This document shows, piece after piece, positions 62,785-64,000 of a stretch of DNA of 64,000 bases. Both the position numbers and the translations under genes were made by a program. Below the pieces are notes generated by a model. That model did not search any database. It was not told the origin of the DNA and was given only the letters and a program-made list of their open reading frames with translations. Source of the stretch: Camelus ferus. Lineage: Eukaryota. Location of the stretch: NCBI RefSeq assembly GCF_009834535.1, contig NC_045696.1, forward strand, positions 91,204,001-91,268,000, in the 5' to 3' direction. Each line of letters starts with the position of its first letter. Positions within the stretch are counted from its first letter, which is position 1.

Positions 62785-63739
62785 ATTCCTGAAACAACAA
62801 GTTCACGGTGTTAACTGGTGTCATCCTTTGGATGCAAATTATTTAGTTGAAGTTTTTTTTTTTTAATGACTAAAACCTGCATCACTCATAACAAGCTACT
62901 GAAAGTTTAACTTCCAGCAGGCACAGTTGGCATTGGCTTCCAAGAACTAAAAGTATCTATATATTGGCAATTTAAATCATAGCATTTTTTCCACTGCTGA
63001 GATCAACTGCCATGATTCATTATGATCTAAAATTTAATTATCTTGATGTTGTTTCTGGGGTGAAAAAGATAGTCCCTTAAAAAGCTTTACCAAAATTAAT
63101 GCTTAAATTCAATGTCTATTCTACTATGAAAATGAAGGAGAGTTGGGTATTTATTTGGCATCTGGTGACCAAACAGAATGTGCCTGAAGCTATCTTGGTG
63201 TACTTTCCTTGAAAGGCTTTGCTGTGCAGGAGAGGAAGGGAGTCTTTGGATCTCTAAGGAGTGACAGGGGCCTGGCGTGGCAGCACTGTGGACTGCAGTG
63301 GTCTCAAAGTGTGAGAAGATCCTACTGACGTATATTCTTCTTAATGACAGAAAGGTGGCATTAGATAACATTGGAATCAGGTCCAGAATCCATTTTCATT
63401 TAGTCCTACTAGGTCGTGGACATCTTTGAAGCTAGCCAATAGTCCTTTATAATCAAAGAGAACAGATTTCAGCTGGTTTTCTTTACCCAGGCAGTAATAT
63501 CTAGTTAGAATTCCATATAATTGTATTTTGCATTGTCTTTAGTTAACTTGCTATCAATGGCAAGAGATATTGCTAATTCATTGGGTGATGATATAAAATT
63601 TCCCTTTTAAAATAAATTTATTTAAATAATGCTAATCAGTTTAAAGAAGAAGTGCTGGATAAATAGTAATGATAATAATAATATGGGAGATATATGAATA
63701 TAGGAGAAATCATGAGTGGACATGGATACAGATGATTGG

Positions 63740-63930
63740 AACCACAGTGTGAGGACAGACCGTGCTTTGGGAACACTGGGCCTGCTCTCTCATCTGGATC
63801 TGCCACCTGCCCTCTGTAATTACCTGGGTGTGTTACTTAATCTCTTTGGACCTTAATTTTTCTCATCTGTAGAGTAAGGGTTTGGTTTTAGCTGAGCCCA
63901 AAGACACAAATCAAATTAGAGGTTCTTAGA
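63740..63930 (+). mobile_element. MIR SINE
   Basis: TCTGCCAC..TTACTTAATCTCTTTGGACCTTAATTTTCTCATCTGTA. Confidence 0.8.
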
Positions 63931-64000
63931 GCAATTTTTATAGTGAAATTATTCTTTGCCTAAATTCAGGAGATGAAAAGAGATAAATAGAACATCCTTA

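Noticed and set aside
1..64000. Using L1/LTR strand bias to infer a host gene's orientation
   Set aside because: L1s are mostly minus-strand before 46 kb and plus-strand at 48-55 kb, and LTRs are mixed, so there is no consistent signal.
1..64000. CRISPR arrays, prokaryotic operons, rRNA/snRNA/miRNA genes, processed pseudogenes or viral inserts
   Set aside because: No repeat-spacer array and no sequence I recognise as these. A short exon or small RNA could still be missed without a database search.

Overview
Mammalian non-coding DNA (a large intron or intergenic region), most likely from a camelid: a tRNA-derived SINE with target-site duplication (TSD) at 48137-48270 resembles the camelid Vic-1 family. 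I found no host protein-coding exon, rRNA, true tRNA gene or CRISPR array. The dominant feature is the 5' ~4.8 kb of a young LINE-1 on the minus strand (1-4811) with an intact 5' end. It has a CpG-rich 5'UTR with a YY1 site and ~59-bp tandem units, an ORF1 with two small indels near its end, a ~400-bp inter-ORF region, and an ORF2 (endonuclease plus start of reverse transcriptase) with one in-frame stop that runs off the window. The rest is a typical eutherian repeat mosaic (MIR, L2, MaLR and ERV LTRs, hAT MITEs, old L1M fragments, several nested insertions with TSDs, microsatellites) separated by repeat-free blocks that may be regulatory. Best leads: (1) a 75-codon ORF in the L1 inter-ORF region with strong Kozak context, an upstream splice acceptor and a stop just after the ORF2 ATG; (2) a TATA box with a possible ATG-only first exon at ~15.8-16.0 kb; (3) a strong CTCF-like motif at 62.77 kb. 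Repeat subfamily names come from recall of consensus sequences, not a database search, and most repeat boundaries are approximate. I cannot support a claim of a wholly new biological system here.
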